DNA of 61,359 nt, filler included, from Asterionella formosa (taxonomy: Eukaryota): NCBI GenBank assembly GCA_002256025.1. It is 6 parts of 6 records of this genome, joined end to end, with 100 filler letters (N's around TTAATTAATTAA, not from the genome) between each part and the next. Parts side by side here need not be neighbours in the genome. Positions count along the whole stretch, not along the records: positions 41,027 to 51,145 come from NKIB01009854.1; positions 51,246 to 61,359 come from NKIB01009855.1; 4 more parts are not named here. The stretch is one strand, 5' to 3'. Made by a program: the position numbers and the translations under genes. Below, one piece after another: positions 48,747 through 61,200 of the stretch (its first letter is position 1; each line of letters opens with the position of its first letter). The notes under the pieces were generated by a model. It was not told the origin of the DNA. It made no database searches and saw only the letters and a list, made by a program, of their open reading frames with translations.

Positions 48747-49796
48747 ATGAATCAATCAACTATTTATCGTCAACACGAAAGACGACGAGCAAGAACGTAC
48801 GCGTTGAAGGATGATCAACGACCTGCCATCATTCGTGTCGCGTCGGGATTGCCACTACTGAACTTGGTCTTTCCGCCCTATCAACCAGAGAAACAATCAA
48901 TATCAGAGTCCGCAGTTGCTGATTTTTCTAACAGCGAGACTGTCTGTACGATTCATCCGGTATCCTCATTAAATTCGTCGTCGCAGTCATCAGCAAGTGC
49001 TGTTCCAAAAATCGTCTTGGCAAGTGCTGTTGGCGGAGGACTCGCCAAGTGGGTCGTTGGGAGAAGATATGGCACTCCGCAATGTTCCGTTGCAGGAGCT
49101 GTACAATCTCCGTTTCAGGGAGTACCAACTTTGCATGGACCAGGCATCCTTGCCTTCACTCGACATTCAGAACCAACCAAGGTCCTACTCGCCAAGACGC
49201 AGGTCCAAGGTGGAATTGCGCCTATTGCCATTGGAGCTTCAGTTGCAGCACTTTTGTTTGGAACAAAAGCTCTCGCGATGAATGCATTTGGAGAAAAAAA
49301 TGCATCAGAACCCATTGGATCCTTCTTGTCCTCTGCGGCATCTGGTGCAGTGGTAGGTATGGTGTATGCTCCAGTCCAGGCAGTGGAATCTCTCAAACAT
49401 CGTCTCACATTGGGTGATGGTGCTGGTACCAGTCAGCTGTATACTTGGAAACAAGGTGTTTCTTCACTTATCCGTACACGGGGATCCATTTCCTTAGTCA
49501 TTCGTACCGTGCCAGTTGTTGTTAGTCAACACGTACTTGGAGCTACTCTCTTCTTTTCTACGTACGACATGATGAAATCTAGCCTCTCATCGTCATCATC
49601 GACTAATGGAAATACTGGTAACCCATCGCAACTTTTTGCCATTGGTGTTTCTGGAGCCATGGCAGGAGCCGTGTACCATGGAGTAACTTCGGGAGGGATA
49701 CTTCCAGTTATGTTACGAGCCATGCCACAGTATGCCATCCTTTTCCTTGGATACGAAACTATACTCAATGTCGGTACCACACCAATTTCGAACTAA
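48747..49796 (+). CDS. Divergent mitochondrial carrier (SLC25)-like membrane protein
   Basis: Gly-rich helices (ASAVGGGLA, SAASGAVVGMVYAPV, GVSGAMAGA) alternate with LLFGTK, TLFFSTYD and LRAMPQYAILFLGYE, the pattern of carrier odd/even helices. Confidence 0.6.
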   Translation: MNQSTIYRQHERRRARTYALKDDQRPAIIRVASGLPLLNLVFPPYQPEKQSISESAVADFSNSETVCTIHPVSSLNSSSQSSASAVPKIVLASAVGGGLAKWVVGRRYGTPQCSVAGAVQSPFQGVPTLHGPGILAFTRHSEPTKVLLAKTQVQGGIAPIAIGASVAALLFGTKALAMNAFGEKNASEPIGSFLSSAASGAVVGMVYAPVQAVESLKHRLTLGDGAGTSQLYTWKQGVSSLIRTRGSISLVIRTVPVVVSQHVLGATLFFSTYDMMKSSLSSSSSTNGNTGNPSQLFAIGVSGAMAGAVYHGVTSGGILPVMLRAMPQYAILFLGYETILNVGTTPISN

Positions 49797-50310
49797 ATGA
49801 CATGCTGGTGCTAGAACGAATAATATGCGCACAGACAAAAAATGACAATAAAAACATGAGGCCTACAAATAGAGTAAAAGAATATAAATGATAAAGCTAT
49901 CCTCATGTCGTGCCCTCTCCATTATTCCTTTTGTCAACAGACCTGATGAGAGGTTTGGCAATCTATCTCATGTTTCAATTAATGATTGGTGTGATCCTGG
50001 GAAACTGTCCACCTTTCGACCAACACATGGAGCACTTGACATGTACAAGAAATGGAAGTTTTCTTCTGGCATGTTAATTACGGATTACGGAAACGTCTAC
50101 CTGGTAGTAGGAGTGAATACTTAAGGTTGCCGCCCTGGCTTAACCTTAGACTGGAGTGAAACATTGCTAGGGTTGTAAAATTGGTGTGGCACATGCAAGC
50201 ATTTCTGTTTCAAGCGTTTGTTGATAAAATGTGCAGTTGAAAGTCATTGTAAAAAGAATTGCTTACGTCTGGATTGCTGCCAAGATTCACCAAGAAATCG
50301 CATAGCGCGT

Positions 50311-50406
50311 TGATTTCATAATTTTAGAGATTCATCATTTGTATATTCTCTGATTTCATAATTTTACTGATTTCATAATTTTAGAGATTCATCACTTGTA
50401 TATTCT
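50311..50406. repeat. Local nested duplication of TGATTTCATAATTTTA(GAGATTCATCA.TTGTATATTCT)
   Basis: The 16-mer occurs three times and the 39-mer twice. Confidence 0.85.
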
Positions 50407-53400
50407 TATGTTGAAACCTTTGTAGACTTAGTCCTCCTTCTGAGAGCAACACGGTAAAGCTAGTTAGTACATATGCACAGCGAACAATGCAAGATTATGC
50501 ACCATAAGAAAGTCCATCATCAAACATCACCTGAATTGTCATTGTTGTCATCCTTGTCAACTATCATCTTGTTTGTACTATTGTTTGATGTCTCACAACA
50601 TCAGACCGGTTGCTTTTTGGGTTTTGGTAGCAGTTTGGAGGTGAGGGAATTGTTACCGTTGTCCCTCATGTGGCAAACAAACTGAGAAACCCGATCTAAA
50701 AGTGGTAACAAGTGATGACCAGCAGACCAGATATTGAAACACAACTTTGTCCACCAGAATCTCACTTATATTTTCCGTTTTCATACCTCCTCTTTCTTGC
50801 GGAATCAGCTATAAAGATAATACGGGTAATGGGATGCTTGATTTGCAAGAAAACTGGAGTAATGAAAGTCTAAGAAAAATCTTTCAAGGCGGACATCAGC
50901 AATCAGACAAGGAACCAAGAACAAATTGGCAATGATTTCAAGCAACACTACAACACACTGAGCAGCAGGGACAGGGGAAACAACAAACAGGCAGTTCAAT
51001 GGACAGATAAAGTGATGGAGGTGTGGAAAATGGCAATTCGCAGATGGATTGTTTGGAGATCAATTTTTAGAAATGTTATTGCATGCAAATAGCCTAGCAA
51101 ATCATGGCCTTCAGATCCATCAGATTGTCAAAATGCCCCAAAACANNNNNNNNNNNNNNNNNNNNNNNNNNNNNNNNNNNNNNNNNNNNTTAATTAATTA
51201 ANNNNNNNNNNNNNNNNNNNNNNNNNNNNNNNNNNNNNNNNNNNNAGCAATACACGGAGACAGACATGCTGGTTCAGCTAGTACGACTTGAAGAGAATTT
51301 TATCACACCGGGTCAAGCACGAAACCTTGTATACAAGTTTCTTGTCAAGACATTCTGTGTTTCATTGAGGAAAGGCAACCGATGTAACTTCCAGATTATT
51401 GACCGAAGGGTTTTCGTTCGCTTCTCAAGAATAATTACCATAAAGAAGAGTACATGGGTTTCCAATCAGTGCTAAAACGATTCAACGTGATAACAGCAAA
51501 TGATTGTTAGTCATATATTAATTGTATTAGTTTACATTTGAACTCATCATAGCAATATTTAAAAATATTCTCAGTCTTATAACATACAATGTAAAAACAT
51601 ATCAATGAATATGAAAACCTTTCAATCATAGGCATTGAGCCATTAAAAAACATAAGTTTAAGTCATCATTACTAGTTTCAAAATTATGAAAGTCCAGGTA
51701 ATAACCAAAGTAATCGTCTCCTTCCCTCAATGGCTCATGGTGGAATAGCAGATTTTACAAACGTACCTTTGCCAGAAATCTAATGTAAAATATCAATAAA
51801 AGATAAATGCGATGCATTCCTTGACAGCAGCATACAGTCTCAGTCTCCTTTACAGATACCAATGATTGTTGACGATGATGTCAGTTCATTTCTAGGCATT
51901 GCAAGGAGAATTTCAATTACCTGTGGACTTTGGGATGAAAGAAAGTATATGTAACCTATAATTTGCAAATACACCGAAGGAATTCATGAAAATGGCAATG
52001 AATTGCCCAAAACGCGATGAGAGATTAATAAAAGCCAACTGCATGTGACTAAAAAATCTATTACACTTTACTTTACAAAGAGAAATCGAGACAAAACATT
52101 TGAAGATTTCTGTCCAGCATCATCGGAACTTATCCAAAACTTCTTTACTAGTCGTGATTAATGTAATCCAGAATGGTGCCCTGTGAAAGGAAATAGAAGT
52201 GTTAGTACAGGGAAATATTGACACATTGACAATGACAAGGAAATATTTGATTGGTTAGTTGAAAATGTTGGCAAAAGGATGGAAGGAGGTGCGAAACTCT
52301 AAGCATTACTCCACCCATTTTATACGCAAATTAATGAAGTGATGAATAATGTTGTTGCCAGAAAGCAGTCTCAAAAAGAAAATGTTTGATGGCTCTGGAA
52401 GCCTGCTTTATCGAGTAGTAACAGTGACAAGACAACACACAAGGTGCTGATAAATACATGTCAGAATAATTTGGGATGACAATGTCGACCCAACAAGAAA
52501 CCTTTTCCAATCAACGGCCAAAAAAAACNNNNNNNNNNNNNNNNNNNNNNNNNNNNNNNNNNNNNNNNNNNNNNNNNNNNNNNNNNNNNNNNNNNNNNNN
52601 NNNNNNNNNNNNNNNNNNNNNNNNNNNNNNNNNNNNNNNNNNNNNNNNNNNNNNNNNNNNNNNNNNNNNNNNNNNNNNNNNNNNNNNNNNNNNNNNNNNN
52701 NNNNNNNNNNNNNNNNNNNNNNNNNNNNNNNNNNNNNNNNNNNNNNNNNNNNNNNNNNNNNNNNNNNNNNNNNNNNNNNNNNNNNNNNNNNNNNNNNNNN
52801 NNNNNNNNNNNNNNNNNNNNNNNNNNNNNNNNNNNNNNNNNNNNNNNNNNNNNNNNNNNNNNNNNNNNNNNNNNNNNNNNNNNNNNNNNNNNNNNNNNNN
52901 NNNNNNNNNNNNNNNNNNNNNNNNNNNNNNNNNNNNNNNNNNNNNNNNNNNNNNNNNNNNNNNNNNNNNNNNNNNNNNNNNNNNNNNNNNNNNNNNNNNN
53001 NNNNNNNNNNNNNNNNNNNNNNNNNNNNNNNNNNNNNNNNNNNNNNNNNNNNNNNNNNNNNNNNNNNNNNNNNNNNNNNNNNNNNNNNNNNNNNNNNNNN
53101 NNNNNNNNNNNNNNNNNNNNNNNNNNNNNNNNNNNNNNNNNNNNNNNNNNNNNNNNNNNNNNNNNNNNNNNNNNNNNNNNNNNNNNNNNNNNNNNNNNNN
53201 NNNNNNNNNNNTAAGTACCGGTAGTCTGGAAGGAAAAGCACATGTTTGTAGCCAGCCCGTAACCGTTGAATTTTCGTGATACTTTTTGATGATACAATTT
53301 TTATTTTATATTTGTGTAGAATGGATTTTTTCGGTTTAAATCGAGTAGCCGTTGCATGATACTTTTTCAAAAAATATGATACCAAATCGAAAATGATAAG

Positions 53401-53847
53401 AACCACCCTTAGTTTATGGAAAAGAAAACTTGATCAGCTGGGGATATCCTGATACTGTTGGCAGTTTTCCTTGACTTTGTATGCATTTACACAATAAAGC
53501 AATAATAAATATCAGCTGCCAGGTACTGGTACATAGTACCAGGTAGTCTAGCGGTGCCTTGATGCTTGGACTTGAATATACTACCAGGTGTGTTGAATTT
53601 TATTCCGCTTCTTCCAAGTGTGCGCCAGTACTGCACTGGAATGAATGGTAAAGGTCTTTCTCGCGCCGCTCGTTTGCAAATTATTCTGATATATAAAGTC
53701 ATGATACTACCGTAGTACATCCGGAGATATGCGCCCGTATCTCATATGTATGCATGCATGCATAGATCGTATCTTATGCATGAGCAGCAAATTGCTGCGA
53801 TAAGCACACAATCCCAGTATCTGATAGTTATCGTATGTAGTCCCGCC

Positions 53848-54386
53848 ATGGCCGAACGAACGAGAAAAGATGACGCCTCCGTTTCTGCTGTGTTTACGGT
53901 ATTTGGTTCCTCTGCATGCCTTAGGGAACGATAAAAAATATTTAAAAGGTTCTCATACTTTCATCCTTCCAGGAAAGGAACTCTTTTGCTCAACCCCCTC
54001 CCTCCAAGCATCACCAGAAAATGGGATTCCAAAGACAAACTATTTTGTATCGACGACAATCATGTTCGCTGCAGCTCAAAAAAGAAAGGAAACTCGAGAA
54101 CGAGAAGAAAGTGGGTCCCGTCGTGGACTGCTACGTTCCAGACAAGAACCAAGAATGGGATGTCTATGTTCAAACTCTGTGTGGAAGAGTGATTGCTGTG
54201 ATTGTCAACCCCTATGACACTATTGAAAAAGTTCGATACAAGGTGGGGATGAAGGAGGGTATTTCGCATGATCAAATCATGTTGCTTAAGAATGGGAAGT
54301 TGTTGGAAGATGGTGACACTTTGGAGTACTGGAACATTAGGGACAAGTCTCTGATTTACATGTCCTTGCGACTACGAGGTGGATAA
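53848..54386 (+). CDS. ~154 aa protein with N-terminal extension and C-terminal ubiquitin-like domain ending LRLRGG; intron 53899-53972
   Basis: VYVQTLCGR...DTIEKVRYKV..KEGI..DQ..L..NGKLLEDG.TL..WNI...LRLRGG then stop. Upstream GCC-ATG exon is joined by a 74-bp phase-0 GT..CAG intron. Confidence 0.85.
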
Positions 54387-54644
54387 AGGGAGGGAGAGCC
54401 ATATTTATATAAATATATACAAATATCGGGTGTTTTTATGTTGTTTGTTGGAGACAAGCAAACAGAATCCCGGCGCGGACTGTATACTATTTAGGTTTGT
54501 CGTCCCAAAGTCAGTGCATGTACAATAATAGCTCATGTAAAATAGATTGAAAGTATTCTGCATGTACAAAAGTTAGTCTCGCTTCTCCGGCGGATAGGGT
54601 ATTATTCAAACAACATGTGATAAAATCCATTGAACCATGACCAG

Positions 54645-55562
54645 CTACCGTTGAAACACCAACTGCCCATTTTCATGCATTCGTTGAAGGGATTTTCGAA
54701 CGCCCTCTTCATCATTTGTCCAGTCAAGCACTTCATCAGCAACTTGTTTCACGACATCTCTTCCATTTTTCATAACAATTCCTCGTCCTGCTTGTTGAAT
54801 AAATTCCAAATCATTGTCCGCGTCTCCAAATGCCACAACGCGGTTGATGTCAACGTTCAAATGTTCACACATGCGTGCAAGTCCATGTCCTTTGCATACT
54901 TCTGGATGCAATACTTCCAAGAACCATCCCATAGAACCGCAAATGATGGTGGCAGTGACCTTGTCAAATTCGCGGTAAAACTCAGTCATCATGTCATCTT
55001 GTTGTTCGGGGGGACATAATACTAGCATTTTGCTGGGCAATCCTTCTTCCATGGCCTGTTGAAAGTCGTCGTCCACAAAGGCAGTCGTACATCCTGTCAA
55101 TTCCTGGTACAGTTTCGTCAATACCAGGTGACTTGCGTGCGATGGGTTGGCATAAATGGTTTCACCTACATAGTACTGTGTGACATGTCCTAACTTCTTG
55201 GCCAGTGCCATGGTTCGCAACGCTACGTTAAGCGGGACAGGTGTGGAAAATACTTCGTCCACCAGCACCGTACCGTTCTTGTTGTCGTTGTCGCTGCTAG
55301 TGCCTATGCGACATAATAAACCTCGAGCACCATTCGAACACACCACTGGGAGGGGGCGAGTCAATGGATGCAATCGAAGAATATGGTCATAGACTGTAGT
55401 GGCAGATCGGCCTGTGGCTATCATGATATGAAAGCCCTTGGCTTCCAATTCTCTTAAATAGTCGGCTGTCTCATCTGTCATGGTGTGATTCGATTGCAAG
55501 AGCGTTCCATCGAGATCAGATGCGACCATGTGAAAGGTTTGGGGAACATTGGCGTCAGACAT
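54645..55562 (-). CDS. Cof-type HAD superfamily hydrolase (subclass IIB)
   Basis: ASDLDGTLL, IATGRS, CSNGA, LEVLHPEVCKG and AFGDADNDLEF. Confidence 0.92.
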   Translation of the reverse strand: MSDANVPQTFHMVASDLDGTLLQSNHTMTDETADYLRELEAKGFHIMIATGRSATTVYDHILRLHPLTRPLPVVCSNGARGLLCRIGTSSDNDNKNGTVLVDEVFSTPVPLNVALRTMALAKKLGHVTQYYVGETIYANPSHASHLVLTKLYQELTGCTTAFVDDDFQQAMEEGLPSKMLVLCPPEQQDDMMTEFYREFDKVTATIICGSMGWFLEVLHPEVCKGHGLARMCEHLNVDINRVVAFGDADNDLEFIQQAGRGIVMKNGRDVVKQVADEVLDWTNDEEGVRKSLQRMHENGQLVFQR

Positions 55563-56779
55563 TGTAAATGACCGTTGTGAGCGAGCTTACCGGTATTATA
55601 TATAATAGATTCCTGCTGACGGTACCTGGTACCTGGTACCCTGGTACCCACCAGTTTACCAATGATGATCATGGTTCCAATGCTTGAGATCACTGTGTTT
55701 GTTTCGAGCAAATAATGTAGTATATGCCTTGTGGTTGCAGCATCATATGTATCGATGGGTGCTTTACGAAAGGTATCATATGATACGTTTTATTCAGGAA
55801 TCAGTTTTCTCTTTGCAAAACTCCAACCAGCAGCATCATATTACCTGGTACCGGTACCAGGTACCAGGTACCTACCGGTAGTTAAAAGTGGCTTTGAGCC
55901 ACTACCGGGTAAACGATATAATATTCACAGTGTACATACCGGTAGATTTTTTCATGACTATTTTTAGTACGACAAAGTTGTTCCTGATGCTGACCCGGAT
56001 ACTTACTACCAGGTACCTAGTACCAGGTACTAGGTGAGTACATATCTTGTTGTCGATTAGGTCTTGTGTTTTAGATAATCAGATAAATGTGTCGGAAAGT
56101 AGCGATCGGCCCAAAAGTGGCAAAAACAGTATTATACCATTGAGCCGGTTTCTCCCGGAAATACACATATGCATTTGTGTAGAAAACGTTATGTCTAAAA
56201 TATATGTAGTTGCATTTAACCATCATGAACCATTTACTACAGCAATAAATGAATCAATTAGTCACTCTAAGTAAATGAATGCAATACTTCTTGAAGGCCA
56301 AAAAACAAGCCATATTTAGTATGCCTGATACTGTAATTCACATCAGAAATTGCCTCAGACACACCACCAAAATGAAGCAAATCGCAGTCATCTCATTAAC
56401 AAATATGAAACCCACAGCAAGAAAACAGCCTCAACCATCCAAAAAGTACAAGGTGATACCTAATTCTTAGGATAAGACTGTAGTGTCATTTATTTAAAAA
56501 TATATAGTTATGGAATTAGAAACTTGAAAGGCAAATAACAATGGCAAACTACCATATGGTCCAACATCAAATATTGTTGCATCAAAGGCAGCTACACTGG
56601 CTTGGCTAACAAAACCTGAGCCATATGGTCCAGTACCATTTGCAGAAACTAAATCAGGCGGAAAAGGCAATTAATTTTACTAGCATAATTACCTGCTGCT
56701 ATGACACTAAATGATTCACAGTCATTGGCAGGACATACCTCATCAATTTCTTCCCTGACTACAAATTCAAGTTTAAATT

Positions 56780-57500
56780 TCCAACTCACGAAATGCAAGA
56801 GAGACTTACTCACCCAAAAGAAAAGGCGACGTGCTGCATTCACTGTTGAAAAGGACAACATTGTTGATCTGGTGTCGAAAGCTTGTTGGGATGAATCCTT
56901 TGCCCATATTGCTACAAACCAAAAAGCAGTTGCTGAACAAGCTTGGGGTCCATTGAACTACTTGTTGCTCCACATCCGAGAATTCAACTGACAAGTGCCT
57001 CAAATCTGCAAACAGAAGCAAACAATAATCAACCCGCCTTGTCCATTCCCCCATCCAGGCTAAACTTGAGCCAAGGAATCACTGGAACATTTGTTGATCA
57101 GGTCGTACAGTATCGCAATCATGAGGATGCTAGAAAAAGAATAAATCTGGACAAACTTTCCCACCAATGAAAAAACAATAAGGGCGATTACAAGCAATAA
57201 ACGACACACAGCTGGTCTTTATGTCACTGCAGGCAGGTACTTGTTGAGTCCTGAAGTGGTCAATGACCAGCTGAAAAGGAAGAGGCATGCGGAAGAAGTG
57301 CTGAGTGAGCGAGAGAATAAGAAAATAGATTCACACATGGCGCTTGCAAACAAGGTTTAGGCAATCAGAATGCTAAACAAACAGCCAGCAGAGTGGACAG
57401 TGGTGCAAATGAAAACAATCGCAATGACGTGGTAGTACAAGCAAGCAGGCGATTTTCCATTACCAGCAAGCAACGCACTTCTACTTACCAGATACCATGA
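56780..57500 (+). pseudogene. Degenerate C-terminal part of a pogo/Tc1-like transposase
   Basis: NIVDLVSKACWDESFA..TNQKAVAEQAWGPLNYLLL, then fragmented AGLYVTAGRYLLSPEV and WTVVQMKT..W*YKQAGD. Multiple stops and frameshifts. Confidence 0.5.
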
Positions 57501-58207
57501 CACCATGATGTGTGAGGACAACACTGCAGTACCAGCAGTTGCAAACTGTAATGGTGCCTACTTCCTCACCCTTTGGTTGCTCATATTTCATGACAAGATA
57601 TGATGGGAGGACCACCAGTCGAAGAATGATGCAATGACTACTGCGAAAAAATGCGAGGATTCTTTGATGGAACCAACAAGATAAAATGGGAACACCACTG
57701 GTATAAGAACGATGCAACTACTGCGAAAAAACATGCTAACAATATAATATTTTCTAATCATCACCTATAAAAATAACTACATTTATGTTAAAATTGTAAT
57801 CTATGGCTTTGACTCACTTCGATCGGTTTTGTCACTTTTAAAATGGATAGATCTCTGTTATCATATGTTCGTCAAGTAAAAGAAAAATGTTAAATTCTCA
57901 TGTATTTTAATGAACTAACTAATATCGTGCCAAAGGGCGAAAGAGGGGATCGATTTTAGCATAATTCTAGAATTTTTAGTAGGAAAACAATATAAATAGC
58001 GTGACTCAAAGCCATTTATAACTGGTACTCTTGTCTTACCTGTACTTCGCTCAGTGGCTGGACTCAGCTAACGTCGTTATACATGGAGGACATCAATAGA
58101 GCAAAACAACCTGTCCACCATCGATATCACAAGTTAATTTATAAATTTTTTCCGTCACAAGTTATCTCGTCGGTTCTTTTCTCCTTCCTTTCATTTCAAT
58201 CGTCATC

Positions 58208-61200
58208 ATGGCTTCTATCTTCCCTCCTCCCGCACAAACTCGTCTAGTCACTATTATCGCTCAAGTGGATCATGGCAAGACCACCATGGCGGATTCACTC
58301 ATTGAATCCAATGGCATTATATCCGAGCGCCTTGCTGGGACCTTGCGCTATTTGGATTCTATGGAAGAAGAGCAACGTCGGGGCATTACTATGCGCACAT
58401 CTGCCATTGGACTCTCGCACACACAGAAAAATGCAAAAGGTGGAGAAAACCAGAAAAACATGGTCATACATTTATTGGATTCACCCGGCCATACAGACTT
58501 CGCACCAGAAGTATCATCTGCATTACAATCTTGCGATGGAGCATTGTTGGTTGTGGATGTCGTTGAAGGCATGTGTGCCAGAACACATCAAGTATTGAGA
58601 GAAGCGCATCGCCATCAGCTAGTTCCGATTTTGGTGCTCAACAAGGTGGATCGACTGTGCTTGGAACTTCGCTTGACACCGACGGAAGCGTATTTGCGTT
58701 TGAGGGGACTACTGGAATCAGTCAATGCTGCCAGTGCGGCAATTTTGAATTCGAAGAAGGCGCAAAATGGGACAACTGAAGAGGAGGAATTGCTGTGGGT
58801 ATTTGAGCCTCAGAAGGGAAATGTTGTCTTTGGGTCAGCTCTGTTTGGGTGGGGCTTTACTGTACCGACATTGGCGAAATCACTCTTTCGAGGAAAAACT
58901 CTTGCAATTAAACCAGTGATGTTGAAACAATTTCTTTTTGGCGATTTCAAGTATAATCAGGAAGGTAAAGTGCTCAAATGGAAAGGGGAATCGGACGACC
59001 TTGAACCGCTCTTTGCACGCTTTGCTTTGCAACCGATATGGAACATTTATGAAGGCGTTGCCAACGCCAGCATGGTGGCAGGGTTAGGCAGTGAATTGTT
59101 CAAAGATGGACGATCAACTGGTACAAAAAAGAGTGATTCTGTCAAGCTCAAGGCTTCCAATCTGCAACAGGTTTTGATCGAACTGCAAACTGGTGGGACT
59201 GGTCCGCGAATCCCAGCTTCAATAGACGAACTCCAGCAGATCCTTGGTCGAACGGGAGCGTCCACCGAAGAGTCCATCTTGAGCTCCTTGTTGCGAAGAT
59301 ATCGACCGTTGAGCGACGCAGTCTTGGATTCGGTTTGTGAACACTGCCCAGCTCCCGATGTTGCCTCCAGTCAAGTGAGAACACGAGCGCTTGCCTTGAC
59401 GGAACCAGAAGCACCGACCGAGGAATTCAAGGCAATACGACAAGGCGTGAAAGATGGGTCGCCACAGGGTCCAGTGGTTGCGTATATTTGCAAGTTTCTC
59501 TCGACGGATCGATCTCATGTCCGAGATTCTGACATTGATTCCAATTCTGAAACTCTAATCTTAGGCTTGGCTCGTGTATTAAGTGGCACTCTGAAAAATG
59601 ACGTGCCTTATTTCTGTATGGGCCACAAGCACTCTTATGGGGTTGAAGCCCGTCAACGCAGCATACGACTTTATTTGTTAATGGGATCGTCATTTGTACC
59701 CGTGAAGGAGGTACCTGCTGGCCATTTATGTGCCGTATATGGATTGGAAGACTTGCAGCTCAAGACTATTACACTATGTGACAGCCCCTATGGGATGCCA
59801 TTACAAGGATTTGATAGAGGCGTTCGGCCACTGGTAAAGGTTAGCATCGAAGCTGTCTCGGCAGAGGACACATGTGCATTGGAGGAAGGATTGCTTAAAT
59901 TATCGCTGGCTGATGCAGCAGTGGAAGTGACAGCAACTGCAAAAGGGGAACGAATCCTAGCTTGTTTGGGTGAGATCCATTTGGAGCAGTCCATCCTAGA
60001 GTTGGAAACTACATTTTGTGGCAAGAAGGATATTCAACTAAGAATATCAGCGCCAATCGTAGAATTTGCCGAGACAACGGAATGGTTTCCACAGGAAGAG
60101 GACTACTATGGGTTTTTAGCTAGCAACTTAGCTCCCTTGCGACAAACTAAAATTCCTCCGTACAGCGATGAGGAAGGGATATATCTTGCTCAACAGGGAA
60201 GAATGAGAGTGGTACTGTCAGGCAGAAGTGCTGCTATTGGAGTGCGAGTGGTTCCACTTTCCAACCTCGTGTACAAGTCATTGAAATCAAACATTCTGCT
60301 TGATGGAAGTGACGATGAGCTGTCGTTTTTGGGGAAAGCCCTCGGTCTCCCTGTCAAGAATATCAATGACTTATTCTCATTGTTGATAAACCAATTAATG
60401 TCAGTGGACGAGAGTGGGAACGCGTTACTTGAAGCCAAGGGATTACACGACAAGTCTTGTATTCGTGGAGTTGTTAGTTCGGGTGTGCACGTCATAGCAA
60501 AAGAAACGCAAGCCAAACCGGGTGAGGATGGCAACGGTGAACAATTACTTTCTGTTGCGGAGAAAGAATTCCATGCAGTTGAGGCACAACTTCGAAATCC
60601 GGAAACATCAAAATGCAGCACTGCCGATAGCGCTGCTTTCACCATTTGGACATCTCAGATGCGAGGGTCCGCTGATGCTGGATTTCAGCTTGGTGTTAGG
60701 AGTGGACCGATTTGCGAGGAGGCTGTACACGGTGTCTTGGTCATCGTGGAGACAGTAGAAATAGCGTTACAGAATGATGGAACCGATTCTTTTACCCCAG
60801 CTAAGCCACTCAGTGGTGGTATGGTCGTAGCAGCTCTTCGTCAAGGAATTCGATGCGGTTTGCTTTCTCGTCCATCTCGATTGATGGAAGGACATCTGAA
60901 ACTTACTCTTCATTCTTCTCTTACCGGTTTGGGTCCATTGTACGCTGTTTTGTCTAAGCGCCGGGGTAAAACTCTTGTTGAAAGTATGGTCGATGGTACA
61001 GAGTTGATAATGATCGAAGCTTCTATTCCCCAAGCAGAGTCCTTCGGGCTTGCGACAGAGCTGCTGCAGAAGACAAGCGGCGAAGTAACTCTGCCAGAGA
61101 TGACATTTCTGAATTGGGAGCGCCTTGACGAAGACCCCTTTTGGATCCCTACCTCACTCGAGGAGCGCGAGGATTTTGGAGAGATTGGTATGAGTGGCGA

